Below, in pieces: positions 1-23,508 of a stretch of 64,000 nt of DNA. The notes beneath the pieces are model-generated. The model searched no databases and had not been told where the DNA came from. It saw nothing but the letters and a program-made list of their open reading frames with translations. A program made the position numbers and the translations under genes. The DNA comes from the human T2T-CHM13v2.0 reference genome, Homo sapiens. How positions within the stretch are numbered: position 1 is the stretch's first letter; every line of letters begins with the position of its first letter. The stretch is from assembly GCF_009914755.1 (NCBI RefSeq), contig NC_060938.1; one strand, 5' to 3'.

Positions 1-619
1 AGCAGTTATTGCAAGAGTGGGAAAAGGTAGCAAACAACGAGTAAACAAAACACAAAAACCACACACACATAAAAATAAGGGAATGTTGGGGAAAAGGGAA
101 ACAAAATAGTGGATGTAATTAAACCCTCATAACTTTACTGTGAAGCATGTTTAAAAAAAATTAAACCCTTGATGGTCTTGAAGAGCAGAGGAAATCACAT
201 TTTTAATATACTTAGAACCATGGGATAAACAACAAGATTGATGAAGTGAACTGCAGTCTCAGTTATTAACTCGATTAACTTAAAGTGCAAGGGCCTTAGC
301 AATTAGCATGCAGAATCATCTTGCGTTTGCAAGTAAAAAATTATGAGGAAATGGACTGTGAAGCGGAGGTCTCAGGGCTGCAGGAGATGAACTGGCCAGA
401 GCAGATTCATCTGTAGTCAGTAATGCCCCCAGCAGCTTTGAAGGGGGAGGGAAGCTTGTGGCCACTTCCGACCTCCAGGTGGCAAGTCAGATGCAAAAGG
501 TCTGATTTGTTTCTGGATCTCGTTGCAGGCTGCTATAGAATTGGAGGCTGATTCTAGAAACTCACTCTAGACAGGCCTGAGGGGGGCTCAGAAAGTTAGG
601 AGTGATCATTATTATTGTT

Positions 620-850
620 TCTGAATATTTATTAAGTCCCTTATATATTATTTAATTCTCATAAAAATCCTGAAAGAAGGATTTAATCATCCCCATTGTC
701 TATTGAAGAAACTGAGGCTCTGAGAGATTGTATAACTTGCCACCCAAAACATAGTTATTCCCTTAATAAATGCTCACTGAGTATTTCCTAGGGGCTAACA
801 AGTGAAAGATCTTGGATTTGAATCTTTACCTAACTCTAAACTGCATACCC
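620..850 (-). mobile_element. MIR SINE remnant
   Basis: MIR core 'atccccattgtctattgaagaaactgaggctctgagagattgtataacttgcc' in reverse orientation. Confidence 0.75.
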
Positions 851-984
851 TTTCTTTTAAACAAAGGATTAACTTTAATATTAACTAAAATGCCATTACA
901 AACCTGTAAGAAAATTTCCAGTAATTCAAAAGAAACTGGCAAATGGCATGCATAGGCAGTTCACACAAAAAAATTAATATAATG

Positions 985-1320
985 AATGGGGTGTAAAATT
1001 GTAAAGACATTGCAGTAAAAGGAATGCAAGAAACAAGCAATGGCATATTTGTTGAGGGATATGTAAGCTAGTGTATCCTCTTTGAAGCTAAGCTTGGCAA
1101 TATCTATGAGAATTTTAAATGCCCATTCTATTTGGCCCAGAAAATCTACTTGCTTATGTATATATACATATATATATATATGTGGAAATAAGGAAAGGTA
1201 TATCTCTGGAGACACTCATTTTAGTGTTGTTTGTAAGAGCAAAGGACTAGAAGAAACCCAAATGATCTTCAATTGGGGAATTATTTTAAATAAGTCATGG
1301 TAAAACATAAAATGAAAAAA
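985..1320 (+). mobile_element. Ancient L1 (L1ME-like) ORF2 3'/3'UTR fragment
   Basis: Degenerate similarity to the L1M 3' region ('ttggcaatatctatgagaattttaaatgcccattc...aaacccaaatg'). Confidence 0.55.
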
Positions 1321-2097
1321 AAATTACAAAGCCCACATTTAATTACTGGATGAGCCCACCTCTCAAAAATGATGGGGAGAGTCAGTGATAGTCATGGCAC
1401 CTTATAGAGAGATGTAAAACTTTGTATTTCTTGATCATTTGCAAATATACTATTTATCTGGAGCCTTTCAGCAACTCTGAGAAGCAGACAGAGCAGGTAT
1501 TATTCCATCCTATACATAGACAAGGAGTTGTCCACTATAATGGTGAGAAATGACAGAGGCCTAGAATGCAGCTTTGGGGACTCTGCCCAGTGCTCTTCAC
1601 GACACCAGCATTGGGAAAATAGGCATCTGTGGAGGGAGTGTCACCTTCCTCTGGAGAAGGGATAAGATCAAGGAATCATTGTTTAAGTTGATAGGGAGAG
1701 GGCCCCTTGGGATAGAGTGGCTTGCTCAGCTAGCAGAATAGTTTATCTAGCTCCTGGTGAGCCTACTCTTTCCTCCCACCTTGGGGAGCAGACAGCTCTG
1801 GGCAAAAGACACTGAACACTCTCACCACTGTTCCTGGATGACCAAAATAAAGGTAATTCTTATAGCAGATACCTCCATTGTGGTACTTGTCCCTTTGAAT
1901 ACTCACAGAGGCTCAAACCTGACTTTTCTATCTTAAGACCAAATAGAGAGCAGGCGAGTAAAACTGAATCAACCTTGAAGTGAGGAAGTCATGGAGATCG
2001 TCCTGTGGTTTTAGGCCTCAAAGCGAAAGAATCTCATCCTGTTTTCTTCTGTGGTAGGGTTTCAAGTCCTAGTGGCCCATTGGACTCATCTGGAAGA

Positions 2098-3299
2098 AGT
2101 GATATTTTAGAGCTGGTTCATATTAGCTCATGAAAACCATTCTGAAATTTTCAGAAATTTTGTGAACCAATGGTTGAACCCACCATTATTAAAAAGTATA
2201 TACACGTATAATTAAATTATTTTAAAAACAAGTAATAAATACTCAAAACTCATTACTTCCTGATTATTTTATGCTTATCTATGCTCTTGAGATTATGTAC
2301 TTATATCTACTGTATGTGTGTGGTGGAAACACTACCTAATGGTATACAACTGCTCATCTCTTCCCAATTCCTGTGCTCAGTGATGTCACATCGTTAACTT
2401 AAAATTGACCATGGTGGGGGTATTTACACCATGGAAATGGGCAAATTCTACAACTAAAGCCTGATTTATCATCTTCTTGATTGTCTGGGCTTAAGAAAGT
2501 TATGAAAAAATATAAATAATGCAGATTAAACTAAAAGTATGCCTTGCCTGTAACCATTACCTTGTGAATAGCACAAAAAGTTGAGAAAATATTCCTCTAT
2601 TATTCAAAATCATTATTTGCTTCAGCAAAGAGTTACTCTTGTTATTGACAAGTAAAAAATTCTGACATAGTTTTACATGTTTCACTTTCATTTTTCTCAT
2701 TAACACAAATGAAAATATCAACCAACAGTTATGTCCGAACTACACTCACTTATCATTTGCAGACATACTTATGGGTATAAGAGTTTAGTAAAAATCAGTG
2801 ATGGCATTCTGTGAGAATCTTTTGGCTAAATGGCATCCATAATAAAGAGTATTATATATTTTACTTTTTTTCTTTTGAGATGGAGTCTTGCTCTGTCGCA
2901 CAGGCTGGGGTGCAGTGGTGCGATTTCAGCTCACTGCAACCTCCGCCTCCGGGTTCAAGCAATTCTTCTGCCTCAGCCTCCCAAGTAGCTGGGACTACAG
3001 GTGTGCGCCACCATGCCTGGCTAATTTTTTTTTTTTTGTATTTTTAGTAGATACGGGGTTTCACCATGTTGGCAAGGATAGTCTTGATCTCTTGACCTCG
3101 TGATCTGCCCGCCTTGGCCTCCCAAAATGCTGGGATTACAGGTGTGAGCCACTGCGCCTGGCCTATTTTACTTTTATATGCAAATTGTGTGCAACACATC
3201 TTTTATATCACTAGAATTTATAATAAACATATATGTATGAACATACAGATTTTTTTTCTTTTGGAAAGCTAGCTATTAAACATTACCACCACACCACTA
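2098..3299 (+). mobile_element. MER63 (hAT-Blackjack) non-autonomous DNA transposon, interrupted by an Alu
   Basis: Matches MER63 along its length ('aaattttcagaaattttgtgaacc', 'tactcaaaactcattacttcc', terminus 'cattaccaccacaccact'). Confidence 0.75.
2869..3163 (-). mobile_element. Alu (AluSc-like)
   Basis: Full dimer; diagnostic 'gatctcttgacctcgtga'; TSD tattttactttt at 2857-2868 and 3164-3175. Confidence 0.95.
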
Positions 3300-3877
3300 C
3301 TACCTGGGAACTTTACAAATCATTCATATCTGGATCCAACCCCCAAATTTCCTGATGTAACAATTACATCAGCCTCATGATTTTAATGTATAGCCAAGGC
3401 TGAGAACTAGTGCTCCAGGGATTTTTCAAAACTGAATTCTAGAAATTCTAGGTTAGATTATTGGACTAAGATTGGCTTCACAGGAGATACTGATCTCCTT
3501 CCTAGACACAGGTGGCTATGGGGAAGCTTTATCCTCTGACATGCAGCCAGGCCATTTTTGAATAGGGACGTGCATGCACCCTGCCTTCAAAAAGATTCCA
3601 GCTTTTGGAGGCAAGGAGAGAAGGCTGACATAAATGAAATGTGGTAGATAACATAGAGCTTAACAAAACTCAGCTCCAGATTATGGGAAAAGGAGGAAAG
3701 TGTGAGGATAGGTTTGTCACAGGCACCAAGTTGGCAATAGTAGACCATCAAAGATCTCATTGAAGGAGGCCAGAACTAGACTAGTGCCAAACTTAACATG
3801 ATTGTACTTCTAACAATTAATAAGACACATTGCACTACCTACATACTGAGTCATTTTTTTATTTTCCTGAAAAAATT

Positions 3878-3900
3878 ACACACACACACACACACACACA
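3878..3900. repeat. (CA)n microsatellite
   Basis: About 11 CA units seen directly. Confidence 0.9.
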
Positions 3901-4562
3901 ACCCCATTCATGGATGCTAGAGGCAGAAATATCGATCTTTTAGAGGGAATCTCTGCCTAAATAGGTAGTTTAATCTTTCTCATAAAGAGTCTCTTATTTT
4001 TTTCCCCCTGTGTTTTTCAATTATTCTTCTTGTACACTGTATTTCTTCCTATCGATTCCTTTCTCTGATCTTAATGGCCTCTTACTCATTGAAAAAAGAG
4101 TGACTGCTATTTCTTCCCAAGTCTCCTCAGAGCCAGCTGAATGCCAAAAGTCTGGCCAATTATCCCAGATTGAGGGTCTCAGAAAGGTAGAAAACCAGAG
4201 AGAGAGGCTGCAAGGAGATATAAAGCAAAGAGAGTGGTCAAAGAGTCAGTATATGCCATGCTCTTCTAATCAAACTGGGATGTAATTCAAAGAGATCTGC
4301 TGATAGATTAAAGCCTATGAGGGATAGTTGAGAGGGTGGTAAAAATATTCCTATTCCCTCCTTCACAAATCTTATCTGCCTTGAAGTCCATCACAGGATA
4401 CTGCAGGGAGACCAGTGGAAAATGCAAAGCAGCCTGGATTGTTCTATAATCATTCTCTGCTTTCTATAATATATTTAGGTTGATTTCAGTTCTAGACACA
4501 CTTTGGGTATTTTAAGGGGTGAGGATTAGAGCAAGAAATTGGAAAGATCTAAAACCAGAAAC

Positions 4563-5165
<603 letters not shown>

Positions 5166-5817
5166 TCCAGTTCTAGGTAAGGTGGAGTAGACGCACTGTA
5201 CTTTGTCTCTCCCGCTGAATGCTACTTTAAAACTTTCACAGAATACTTGAAACTGATATTTGAGGACTCTGAAAAGTGAATGATAGCAGGCAGGTTAGGG
5301 AAAATGAGAAGAAATTCAAAGTATCACATAATCAGTGATGACTTTACCCCCCTCTTTTACCTCTCTTATCCCCCAGGCTAGACTACTCAAGGCAGCCCAA
5401 ACCATAAGTGGGCAGCCAGACGTGAAAACAAGCTTTAGGAGAAGCACTCTAGTATTGGCTTGAAGAGTGAGAATGGGGATTCCTAAAGTATTGAAACTCA
5501 CCCCCCATTTCTCTTCGTTTTCTCTATTCTGTTGCATCCTGACCCCAGGACAATCCTGCAATGGTAATAGCAGTAATAGGGTAGCAGAGACATGCAAACA
5601 CCTAAAACTCTGAGAGAGGGGAACTTTCCTCTCAGATTGTGGGGGTGTGGTCCCAAAAATGTAAGGTAAACCTCTGTTTTGCTTTTTCTCTCCATCTTTC
5701 CACAACTTGATCTTTGTCATAGGCTCAGTTGTGGGAAATATTCAGCAGAGTGGAATAAAAAGCCCCAGCTTTCTGGCCAGAAGACCATAAAGGGGAACCC
5801 CAGGGAAGCAGAAAGTA

Positions 5818-5857
5818 TCAGAGATATCATGAGAGCTCAGAGATATCATGAGAGCTC
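5818..5857. repeat. Perfect 19-bp tandem duplication tcagagatatcatgagagc x2
   Basis: Seen directly. Confidence 0.9.
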
Positions 5858-6246
5858 CTACTTGGGAAAGAAACCCCATAAAGCTCCTGGGTTCACCCTC
5901 AAGTTGTATGTATGTGGACCTCTCCCTAAACAGCATACCACAGACTTGAGAAGTGAACCAGTGGATAGGCCACCACCCAAGTCTCAGACTGGTCACTGGG
6001 TGGCACACATGTCAGACAAATATGAACAGTGCAGGAAAGGGTTTGCAAATAGAGCTGTCACTGGAATTACATCTCACAGAAAGATAGTCAGAACTTGAGG
6101 CTTAAAGCCAAAGAGGTCTATTGCCTGGCAAAACAAAAATATAAATTTTTTCCATGGCATTTAAACAAGACTTGGGGTCTGATAACATAATAAGCAAAAT
6201 GTCCACAATGCAATAAAAAATTATTTGGCCTACTAACAATCAGGCA

Positions 6247-6432
6247 ATACAAAAATTAGCTAGGCATGTTGGCTCATGCCTGTGGTCCCAGCTACTCGGG
6301 AGGCTGAGGTGGGAGGATCACTGGAGCCCAGGAGGTCGAAGCTGCAGTGAACTACGATCGCGCCACTTCACTCAGCCTGGGGGACAGAGCAAGAGCCTGT
6401 CTCAAAACAAACAAACAAACAAACAAACAAAA
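6247..6432 (+). mobile_element. AluJ right monomer/FRAM with (AAAC)n tail
   Basis: Right-arm Alu sequence only; TSD-like caatcaggcaa / caatcagacaa. Confidence 0.9.
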
Positions 6433-7199
6433 CCAATCAGACAAATCTCAATTTCTATCACAAAAGACAATCAACACACTAATTCAAAAATGACACAGAT
6501 GTTGAAATTATCTGTCAAGAACTTTAAAGTAGCTATTACTTCCTGGATCATATTATATGCTCCAGGAACTAAGGGAAAACATTCTTGTAACGAATGGAAA
6601 GATAGAATGTCTCAGCAAATAAATAAAAAATATATTTTTTTTAAATGGACATTTTAGAACTAAAAAATATAATAACTGAAATAAAAAATTCACTGGGTGG
6701 ATTTAACAGTAGACTCAAGATGACAAAGGTAAGAATCAATGAACTTGCAGATAGAGAAATAGAAGTTATTCAACATAAACTATACAGAGAAAAAAATTAA
6801 CAGAGCCTCACAGCCCTGTGGGACAACAACAAAAGGTCTACCATTTGTGGTGTCAGAGTTCTAGAATATAAGAATGCAGAAAAAAAATTTGAAAATACAG
6901 TGTCTGAAAACTTCTTAAATTTGTCCACAGACATAAACTTCAGATTCAAAAAGCTCAGTTAACCTCAGACAAAATTAACCAAAGAAACCTATGTCCGAAT
7001 ACGTCATAATCAAACTGCTGAGAACTGAAGACAAGGGAGAAAAATCTTAAAGGCATCAAGAAAAACAGCACATTACTTATAGTGGGAAATAACTCAAATG
7101 GCCATGAATTTTTCATTAGAGAGCATGGGCACAAGGAAGAAGGGGAACAAAATTGTTAAAGTGCTGAAAGAAAATAAGTGTCAACACAAAATTGCATTT

Positions 7200-8220
<1,021 letters not shown>

Positions 8221-8349
8221 TAATGTGATTATTTGGGAATCTGGCTCTGTAAATAGTAGGTGACATGGAGACAGCTAAAAAATAACTCAGTTGTAGACAT
8301 GCTGTGTTTGAGATTCTTAAGACTACCTAAGTACAAATGGAGATACTTT

Positions 8350-8572
8350 TTGAGCCTTTTCTATATGACAAGGACAATTGCAAATACTTTACATGTACTA
8401 ACAGACTTAATGCTTGTGACAGCCCTATGAGAAGGGTACCATCATTGCTGTCTTTTATAGATAAGAAACTGAGGCTCAGAGAGGTTCACTTACTTGCAGA
8501 GCTAATAGAGAAGAGAGGCAGAGTGTGAGCCTAGATGATACAGCTCAGGAGCCCCACTCTGAAGCACCACAG
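8350..8572 (-). mobile_element. MIR
   Basis: 'agataagaaactgaggctcagagaggttcacttacttgc'. Confidence 0.8.
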
Positions 8573-8659
8573 CTAAATGATGACACAGTGGCTTCAAGTA
8601 AACTGCTGGATTCTGAATCTGAAATGCATATGTGATCACCATGCTTTATTACTCAAATC

Positions 8660-9130
8660 TTTGCAATCTTGTCATGGTTCCTAGGTTAAAAGCCAAAATT
8701 CTTTACCAGTTTTATAAAACCCTGCAAAATTTAGCTCCTGTTCATCTCCTCAGCCTCATTTTGAATTAGCTTCTCTCTTGGTCTATCTCATTTGTACTGT
8801 TCATCTCTAAGATTTTCAAATATAATATGGGTTCTCCTTCTCCCTAAGCTTGAAACCCTCTTCTTCTTTCTCTTTGCTTGGTCATCTTTTAAGTCTCAAA
8901 TATTACCTCCTCCAGGAAGCCTTCTCTGATGCTCCCGCCTGGGTTAGGTGCCCCACCCCTACATGGTCATGACAATCTCTAACACTTATCACACTTGGGA
9001 CTGCTGTTGTAGGTGTGTCTTCTCATCTAGCTCTAAACTTACTAAGGCCAGGGATGTTGACAGTCATTCACAGCTGTGTTCCCATTGCCTAACAAAGGGC
9101 TTGGCACATAACAGCCCTATGATAAATATA
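8660..9130 (+). mobile_element. L2 LINE 3' end
   Basis: 'acctcctccaggaagccttctctga' and 'ggcttggcacataacagccctatgataaata'. Confidence 0.7.
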
Positions 9131-9145
9131 TTTAAACTGTTTGTT

Positions 9146-9741
<596 letters not shown>

Positions 9742-12361
9742 TCAGATACTTTATAGAACTCATATCCAGGACTTAATTCACTGTCTGAAAATTAGGTTAG
9801 CATTCTCCTGGGACCAACCGGCAGGAGATGAGATTTCCAGAACTTTTTGCTTTATAAAAGCTAGAGAGGCATTTCTTCTGGTATTTTGACCTTGTAGATT
9901 CCAGTCCCATCTGGAAACTAAAAATGCAAAGTCATGTATATTTATGAGGAAAAAAAAAGTAGCCAAAGCTGTTAAATTATCCTTTTTTCAGATGCTAAAT
10001 AAATTTGCTCTAACCAATGGGAAGAGGACACATGGACTATTATTTAAACAAAGATTGATTTAAAGTATGAAGTAGATGCCAGCAAATTCCCTACGCCCCA
10101 AAGTACTTCCTTGGTGCTGCCTAAAATTCCACCTATAACATTTATTTTGGATAAAAACAGTTGCGTCTTTCAAAATACAAATCTCACCAGAATTGAAGGG
10201 GACAGTGCTAAAAGAGATAACATGATGAGCTGCTTTCAGTGGTCATTTGTGTGTGTGTGTGCATGGTTTAAAATTTTCTGTGAATTCATAAATCATATCT
10301 CTCAAACTGACAGATCAGTTAAGAATGGGTTCCGTGAAGAAGAAAAGAGAGAAAAAGAGAAGAAGTCACTGCCAGGATGATTCATGTTGGGAATAGGATG
10401 CCAAACCCCAGGTAAGCAGGAAACACCATGGAATGCCAGGGAGGGAGGAAGAGGGGTCTCCTGTAGGCAGGAAGGAAAGCTTAATAAAGAAATTGCATCC
10501 TGTTTACAATACTTCCAGGGACAGGTTTGTCTTTTCTTTCCATGTAGCTATGCTTGATGACCTGCACCTCTGTCCTACCTTAACCTATCCTATTAATTTG
10601 AAGTAAGGGATTTTTTTTTTAAAAAAAGACAGCTTTATTGAAATAGAATGTGCATATAGCAAACTGTAGATATTTAAAGTATACAAGTAAATAAGTTAGA
10701 TACCTGTGAGATGATCACCGCCATTAAGATAATGAACATATCTGTCACATGCAAAAGTTCCTTTGGCCTCTGTGTCAGTCCTTTCTTCTGCCCCTTCCCA
10801 TCCTCTCCCCCTCGGCAACTACTAATTTGGTTTCTGTCACTATAGATTAATTTGCATTTTCTTAAATTTTATATGAACAAAATCACACTATATATATTTT
10901 TTCACTTGGCAATATTGTTTTGTATTATTATATTAACATGAATTTATAGTTCATTACTTTTTTATTGTTGAGTAGTATTCCATGGTATGAATATGGCATC
11001 ATTTGTTTATTCATTCATCTGTTAACGGACATTTGGATTGTTTCCAGTTTTTGGCTACTACAAATAAAGCTGCTATGCACATTCATGTATAAATCTCTGT
11101 GTGGACATATGCTTTTAGTTCTCTTGGGTAAAAACCAACAACTAGAATGGTTGGGTCATATGGTAGGTGTATTTTAACTTTCTGAGAAATCATTTTTAGA
11201 AGTGATTGTACCATTTTACATTCCCAGGAGTGTATGAGAGTTCCAGTTTCTCTACATCTTTGCCAATGCTTGGTAAGGCCACACTTTTAAACTTTAGCCA
11301 TTCTAATAAGTATATAGTGGTACCTCCTTGTTGTTTTAACTTGCATTTCCCTAATTACTGATGATGTTGAGCATCTTTTTCGTGTGCTTCTTTGCCTTTG
11401 TATACCTTCTTTGGTAAAATGCCTATTCAAATCCTTTGCCCATTTAAAAAAATTGGATAATTGGATTGTTTTCTTATTTTTGAGTTGTGAGAGTTCTTAA
11501 TTTTTCTTGATATATCCTTTATCAAATATATGCTTTGCAAATATTTTTTCCTCAGTCTTTCAGTCATCTTTTTATTCTCTTAACAGTGTCTTTCAAAGAG
11601 CAGAAGTTTTAAACTTTGAAGTACAATTTATCGATGTTTTCTTTTTATTGACTATGATTTTAATATAATGGTTAAGAAATCTTTGTCTAACTCAAATTTT
11701 TGAAGATTTTCTGCTATGTTTACCTCTAAAAATTTTACAGTTTTAAGTTTTGTGTGCAGGTGTCTGGTCCATTTTGAGTTAATTTTTGCATATGGTGTGA
11801 GGATTGGATCTAAGTTTAATATTTTTTGCTTATGGAGATCCAATTGTTCCAGCACCATTTTTTGAAAAGACTATGTTTTTTCCACTGAATTGTCTTTGCA
11901 ACTATCCGAACATAGTTGTCCACATATGTGTTGGCCTATATCTGGACCCTCTATTTTGTGCCATTAGTCTATTTGTTTATCTTTATGCCAATACCATATT
12001 GTCTTGATTACTGTAGCTTTATAATAAGTCTTGGAATTAGATAGTGTAAGCCTTCCAACTGTGTCTTTTTCAAGTTGTTTTGGCTATTCTAGGTCCTTTG
12101 CATTTCCATATGAAGTTTAAAATCAGCTTGTGAATTTCTACAAGAAAAAAAAAAAACCCTGCTGGAATTTGGATAGGAATTGCATTGAATCTATAGAACA
12201 ATTTGGTGAGACCTGACATCTTAAAAATTTTTAGTCTTTCAACTCATAAACAAGTTTTTCAGATTTATTCCTAGATATTCCATATGTTTGGCACTATTAT
12301 AAATGATCTTTTTTTAAAATGTAAAATTTTTGGTTTATTGTTAGTAAATAGAAATAATTTA

Positions 12362-12645
12362 ATTTTTATTTTTCGAGACAGTCTTACTGGGTCACCCAGG
12401 CTGGAGTGCAAAGGTGCAATCGTGGCTGGAGTGTACAGGCACTTCAGGGATCCTCCCACCTCAATCTCCCGAGTATCTGGGACCACAGGCACCTGCCACC
12501 ATGCCTGGCTAATTTTTGTACTTTTGACAGAGACAAGGTTTCACCATGTTGCCCAGGCTGGTCTTGAACTCCTGAGCTCAAGCAATCTGCCCACCTCAGT
12601 CTCCCAAAGTGCTGGGATTACAGGCTTGAGCCACTGTGCCTGGCC
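12362..12645 (-). mobile_element. AluJ
   Basis: Dimer with J-type 'ctcctgagctcaagcaatctgccc'. Confidence 0.9.
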
Positions 12646-13526
12646 TCATAGTAATGTTTAAATATCGATCTTATAGACTGAAATCTTGCTAAATGTATTT
12701 ACTAATATTAGTAGATTTTTAATAGATTCCAGCAGATTGCCTACATTGAGAATCATACCAAGTGTTGTTTATAAATAAAGACAAGTTTATTTCTTTCCAA
12801 TCTGGATGTCTTTTATTTCTTATTCTTCCCTTTTTGCACTGACTAGACCTTCAAATACAAGATTAATAGAAGTGATGAAAGCAGACATCCTTGTCTTATT
12901 CCAGATCTTAAGGAAAAACATGCAGTCTTTCACCACTAAGTATGATGTAAGCTGTAGGTTTTTCTAGGTGACCTTTTTATCTAGTTGAGAAAGTTCCCTT
13001 CCTTTCCCAGTTTTTTGAGGATTTTTATTAGAAATGGATCTTGGATTTTGTCAGTGCATTTTCTGCATCTATTATAATGATCACATGATTTTTACTTTTT
13101 AGCAGACTTTTAAAAATGTTTGTTAATAGGGTGAATTACATTAGTTGATTTTTCACTGTTTAATCAACCTTTCATTCCTAGGATAAATCCTATTTGGTCT
13201 TGATGTATCATACTTTTCATATATTGTTGGATTGTAGATTGGTCTGAATTTTTCTTTCTTTATAGTATGTCTGGTTTTAGTATCAGGGTAATGATGACCT
13301 CATATAATGAGTTGAAAGGTATTTCTTCTTCACTTTTCTGAAAGACTGTGTAGAATGGGTATTATTTTTTCCTGAAATATTTAGAACTCATCAGTGTATC
13401 TATTTGGAGCTGAAGTTTCTTTGTGGGAAGGTTTTTAGCTACAAAATCAAGGTCTCTGATCTATTCAGTTAATCTACTTCTTCCTAAGTGAGGTTTGGTA
13501 TTGGTCCATTTAATCTAAATTGTCAC

Positions 13527-13801
13527 TTTTTTTTATTATACTTTAAGTTTTAGGGTACATGTGCACAACGTGCAGCTTAGTTACATATGTATACATGTGC
13601 CGTGTTGGTGTGCTGCACCCATTAACTCGTTATTTAACATTAGGTGTATCTCCTAATGCTATCCCTCCCCTCTCCCCCACCCCACAACAGGCCCCGGTGT
13701 GTGATGTTCCCCTTCCTGTGTCCATGTGTTCTCATTGTTCAATTCCCACCTATGAGTGAGAACATGCGGTGTTTGGTTTTTTGTCCTTGTGATAGTTTGC
13801 T
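13527..13801 (-). mobile_element. 5'-truncated L1PA3/4-like 3' end (~275 bp)
   Basis: L1PA 3'UTR 'ttatactttaagttttagggtacatgtgcacaacgtgcag'; no clear TSD. Confidence 0.9.
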
Positions 13802-13877
13802 ATCATAAAGTTGTTCATAATATTTCCTTATTATTTGTTTAACATCTGTAGATTGTATAAGGAACTAGCCACTTTCA

Positions 13878-16557
<2,680 letters not shown>

Positions 16558-17310
16558 TCTTCTCATTCCTGATATTGTCAATTTTTACTTTTTTTTTTTT
16601 CCTGACAATCTGGCTAGATGTCTATAAATTTTATTGATCTTTGCATAAAACTAGCTTTTAGTTTTCCTGATTTTCTCTATTGTTTTTCTATCTTTTCACT
16701 GATTTTTGCTTTGTTATTATTTCATTTCTTCTGTTTATTTTGGGTTAATTTCCTCCTCTTTTTCTAGCTTCTTAAGGCAAAAATTGAGGTAATTGGTATA
16801 ATACTTTTTTCATTTTCAAATTTAAGCATTTAAAGCTGTAAATCTCCCCCTATGTAATGCTTTTGTAGCATCCTCCAAATTTTGATATGTTGTCTTTTAA
16901 TTTTTGTTCGGTTTAAAATACTTTCTAATTTTCCATCTGATTTCTTCTCTGACTCATGGATTATTTAGAAGTGTGTTACTTAATTTTCAGATAATGAGAA
17001 ATTTTCCATAGATCTTGCTAATTGAATTCTACTGTGGTCAGAGATCATATATTTTACATGATTTGAATCCTTTTATTTTATGGCCTAGAATATGGTCTAT
17101 CATGGTAACTTTTTCTGTGCACTTGAAAAAAAGGTAAATTCTGCTGTTGTTGGGTGGAGTGTCAATTAGGTCAAGGTGGTTACTTGTGGTGTTCAAGTAT
17201 TTTCTAATTTTACTGATTTTATCTCCATTTGTTCTATTAGTTACTGAGAGAGGCTATTAAAATCTCTGATTATAGTTATAGATTTGCCTATCCTTGCAGT
17301 TCTATCAGTT

Positions 17311-17687
<377 letters not shown>

Positions 17688-17805
17688 TAAATGCATAAAC
17701 CTTTATTATTGTTATGTCCTCTTGATGAATTGATCCCTTCATCATTATGAAATGACCTCTTTTACCACTGGTTATATACTTTGCTGTGAATATTATTGAT
17801 ACTAA

Positions 17806-18122
<317 letters not shown>

Positions 18123-18600
18123 TCCAGCTTTTTTTGATGAGTATAGCGTGATATATCTTTTCCCATTCTTTTAACCTGTTTGTGTCTTTGAAATGAATAT
18201 GTTTCTTACAGGTAGCAAATAGCCATATCTCACTTTTTTCATTAATCTGACAATCTCTGCCTTTGACTTCAAATTACATGTTTATTAGGATGCTTCAAGT
18301 TGTTTTACAGCTTATTTTAAAAATGTATTATTTTTTTCTGTTTCATTTGGTAGTTTCTATTATTATATCTTTTTATTTATTTATTTATTTATTTTATTAT
18401 ACTTTAAGTTTTAGGGTACATGTGCACATTGTGCAGGTTAGTTACATATGTATACATGTGCCATGCTGGTACGCTGCACCCACTAACTCGTCATCTAGCA
18501 TTAGGTATATCTCCCAATGCTATCCCTCCCCCCGCCCCCCACCCCACAACAGTCCCCAGAGTGTGATATTCCCCTTCCTGTGTCCATGTGATCTCATTGT

Positions 18601-22455
<3,855 letters not shown>

Positions 22456-22491
22456 TTAGTTGATGCAGTTTCTTCCTAGCCTCGATGGTCT

Positions 22492-23508
22492 TTACATTTT
22501 GGCATGATTTTGTAGCGGCTGGTACCGGTTGTTCCTTTCCATGTTTAGCGCTTCCTTCAGGAGCTCTTTTAGGGCAGGCCTGGTGGTGACAAAATCTCTC
22601 AGCATTTGCTTGTCTGTAAAGGATTTTATTTCTCCTTCACTTATGAAGCTTAGTTTGGCTGGATATGAAATTCTGGGTTGAAAATTCTTTTCTTTAAGAA
22701 TGTTGAATATTGGCCCCCACTCTCTTCTGGCTTGTAGGGTTTCTGCCGAGAGATCCGCTGTTAGTCTGATGGGCTTCCCTTTGAGGGTAACCCGACCTTT
22801 CTCTCTGGCTGCCCTTAACATTTTTTCCTTCATTTCAACTTTGGTGAATCTGACAATTATGTGTCTTGGAGTTGCTCTTCTCGAAGAGTATCTTTGTGGT
22901 GTTCTCTGTATTTCCTGAATCTGAACGTTGGCCTGCCTTGCTAGATTGGGGAAGTTCTCCTGGATAATATCCTGCAGAGTGTTTTCCAACTTGGTTCCAT
23001 TCTCCCCATCACTTTCAGGTACACCAATCAGGCATAGATTTGGTCTTTTCACATAGTCCCATATTTCTTGGAGGCTTTGCTCATTTCTTTTTATTCTTTT
23101 TTCTCTAAACTTCCCTTCTCACTTCATTTCATTCATTTCATCTTCCATTGCTGATACCCTTTCTTCCAGTTGATCGCATCGGCTCCTGAGGCTTCTGCAT
23201 TCTTCACATAGTTCTCAAGCCTTGGTTTTCAGCTCCATCAGCTCCTTTAAGCACTTCTCTGTATTGGTTATTCTAGTTATACATTCTTCTAAATTTTTTT
23301 CAAAGTTTTCAACTTCTTTGCCTTTGGTTTGAATGTCCTCCCGTATCTCAGAGTAATTTGATCCTTTGAAGCCTTCTTCTCTCAGCTCGTCAAAGTCATT
23401 CTCCATCCAGCTTTGTTCCGTTGCTGGTGGGGAACTGCGTTCCTTTGGAGGAGGAGAGACGCTCTGTGTTTTAGCGTTTCCCGTTTTTCTGTTCTGTTTT
23501 TTCCCCAT
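22492..23508 (-). pseudogene. ORF1: L1 ORF1p, 338 codons in frame, with two CGA->TGA stops (~23215 and ~23119)
   Basis: MGKKQNRKTG...QNHAKM; 1017 bp; no frameshift. Confidence 0.95.

Larger units (their letters stand above)
2052..3415. mobile_element. MER5-type hAT MITE split by a MER63 insertion (pieces ~2052-2097 and ~3300-3415)
   Basis: Left piece 'gggtttcaagtcc...ggactcatctgg'; right piece 'acctgggaactttac...atgtatagccaaggctgagaactagtg' matches the MER5B terminus. Confidence 0.55.
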
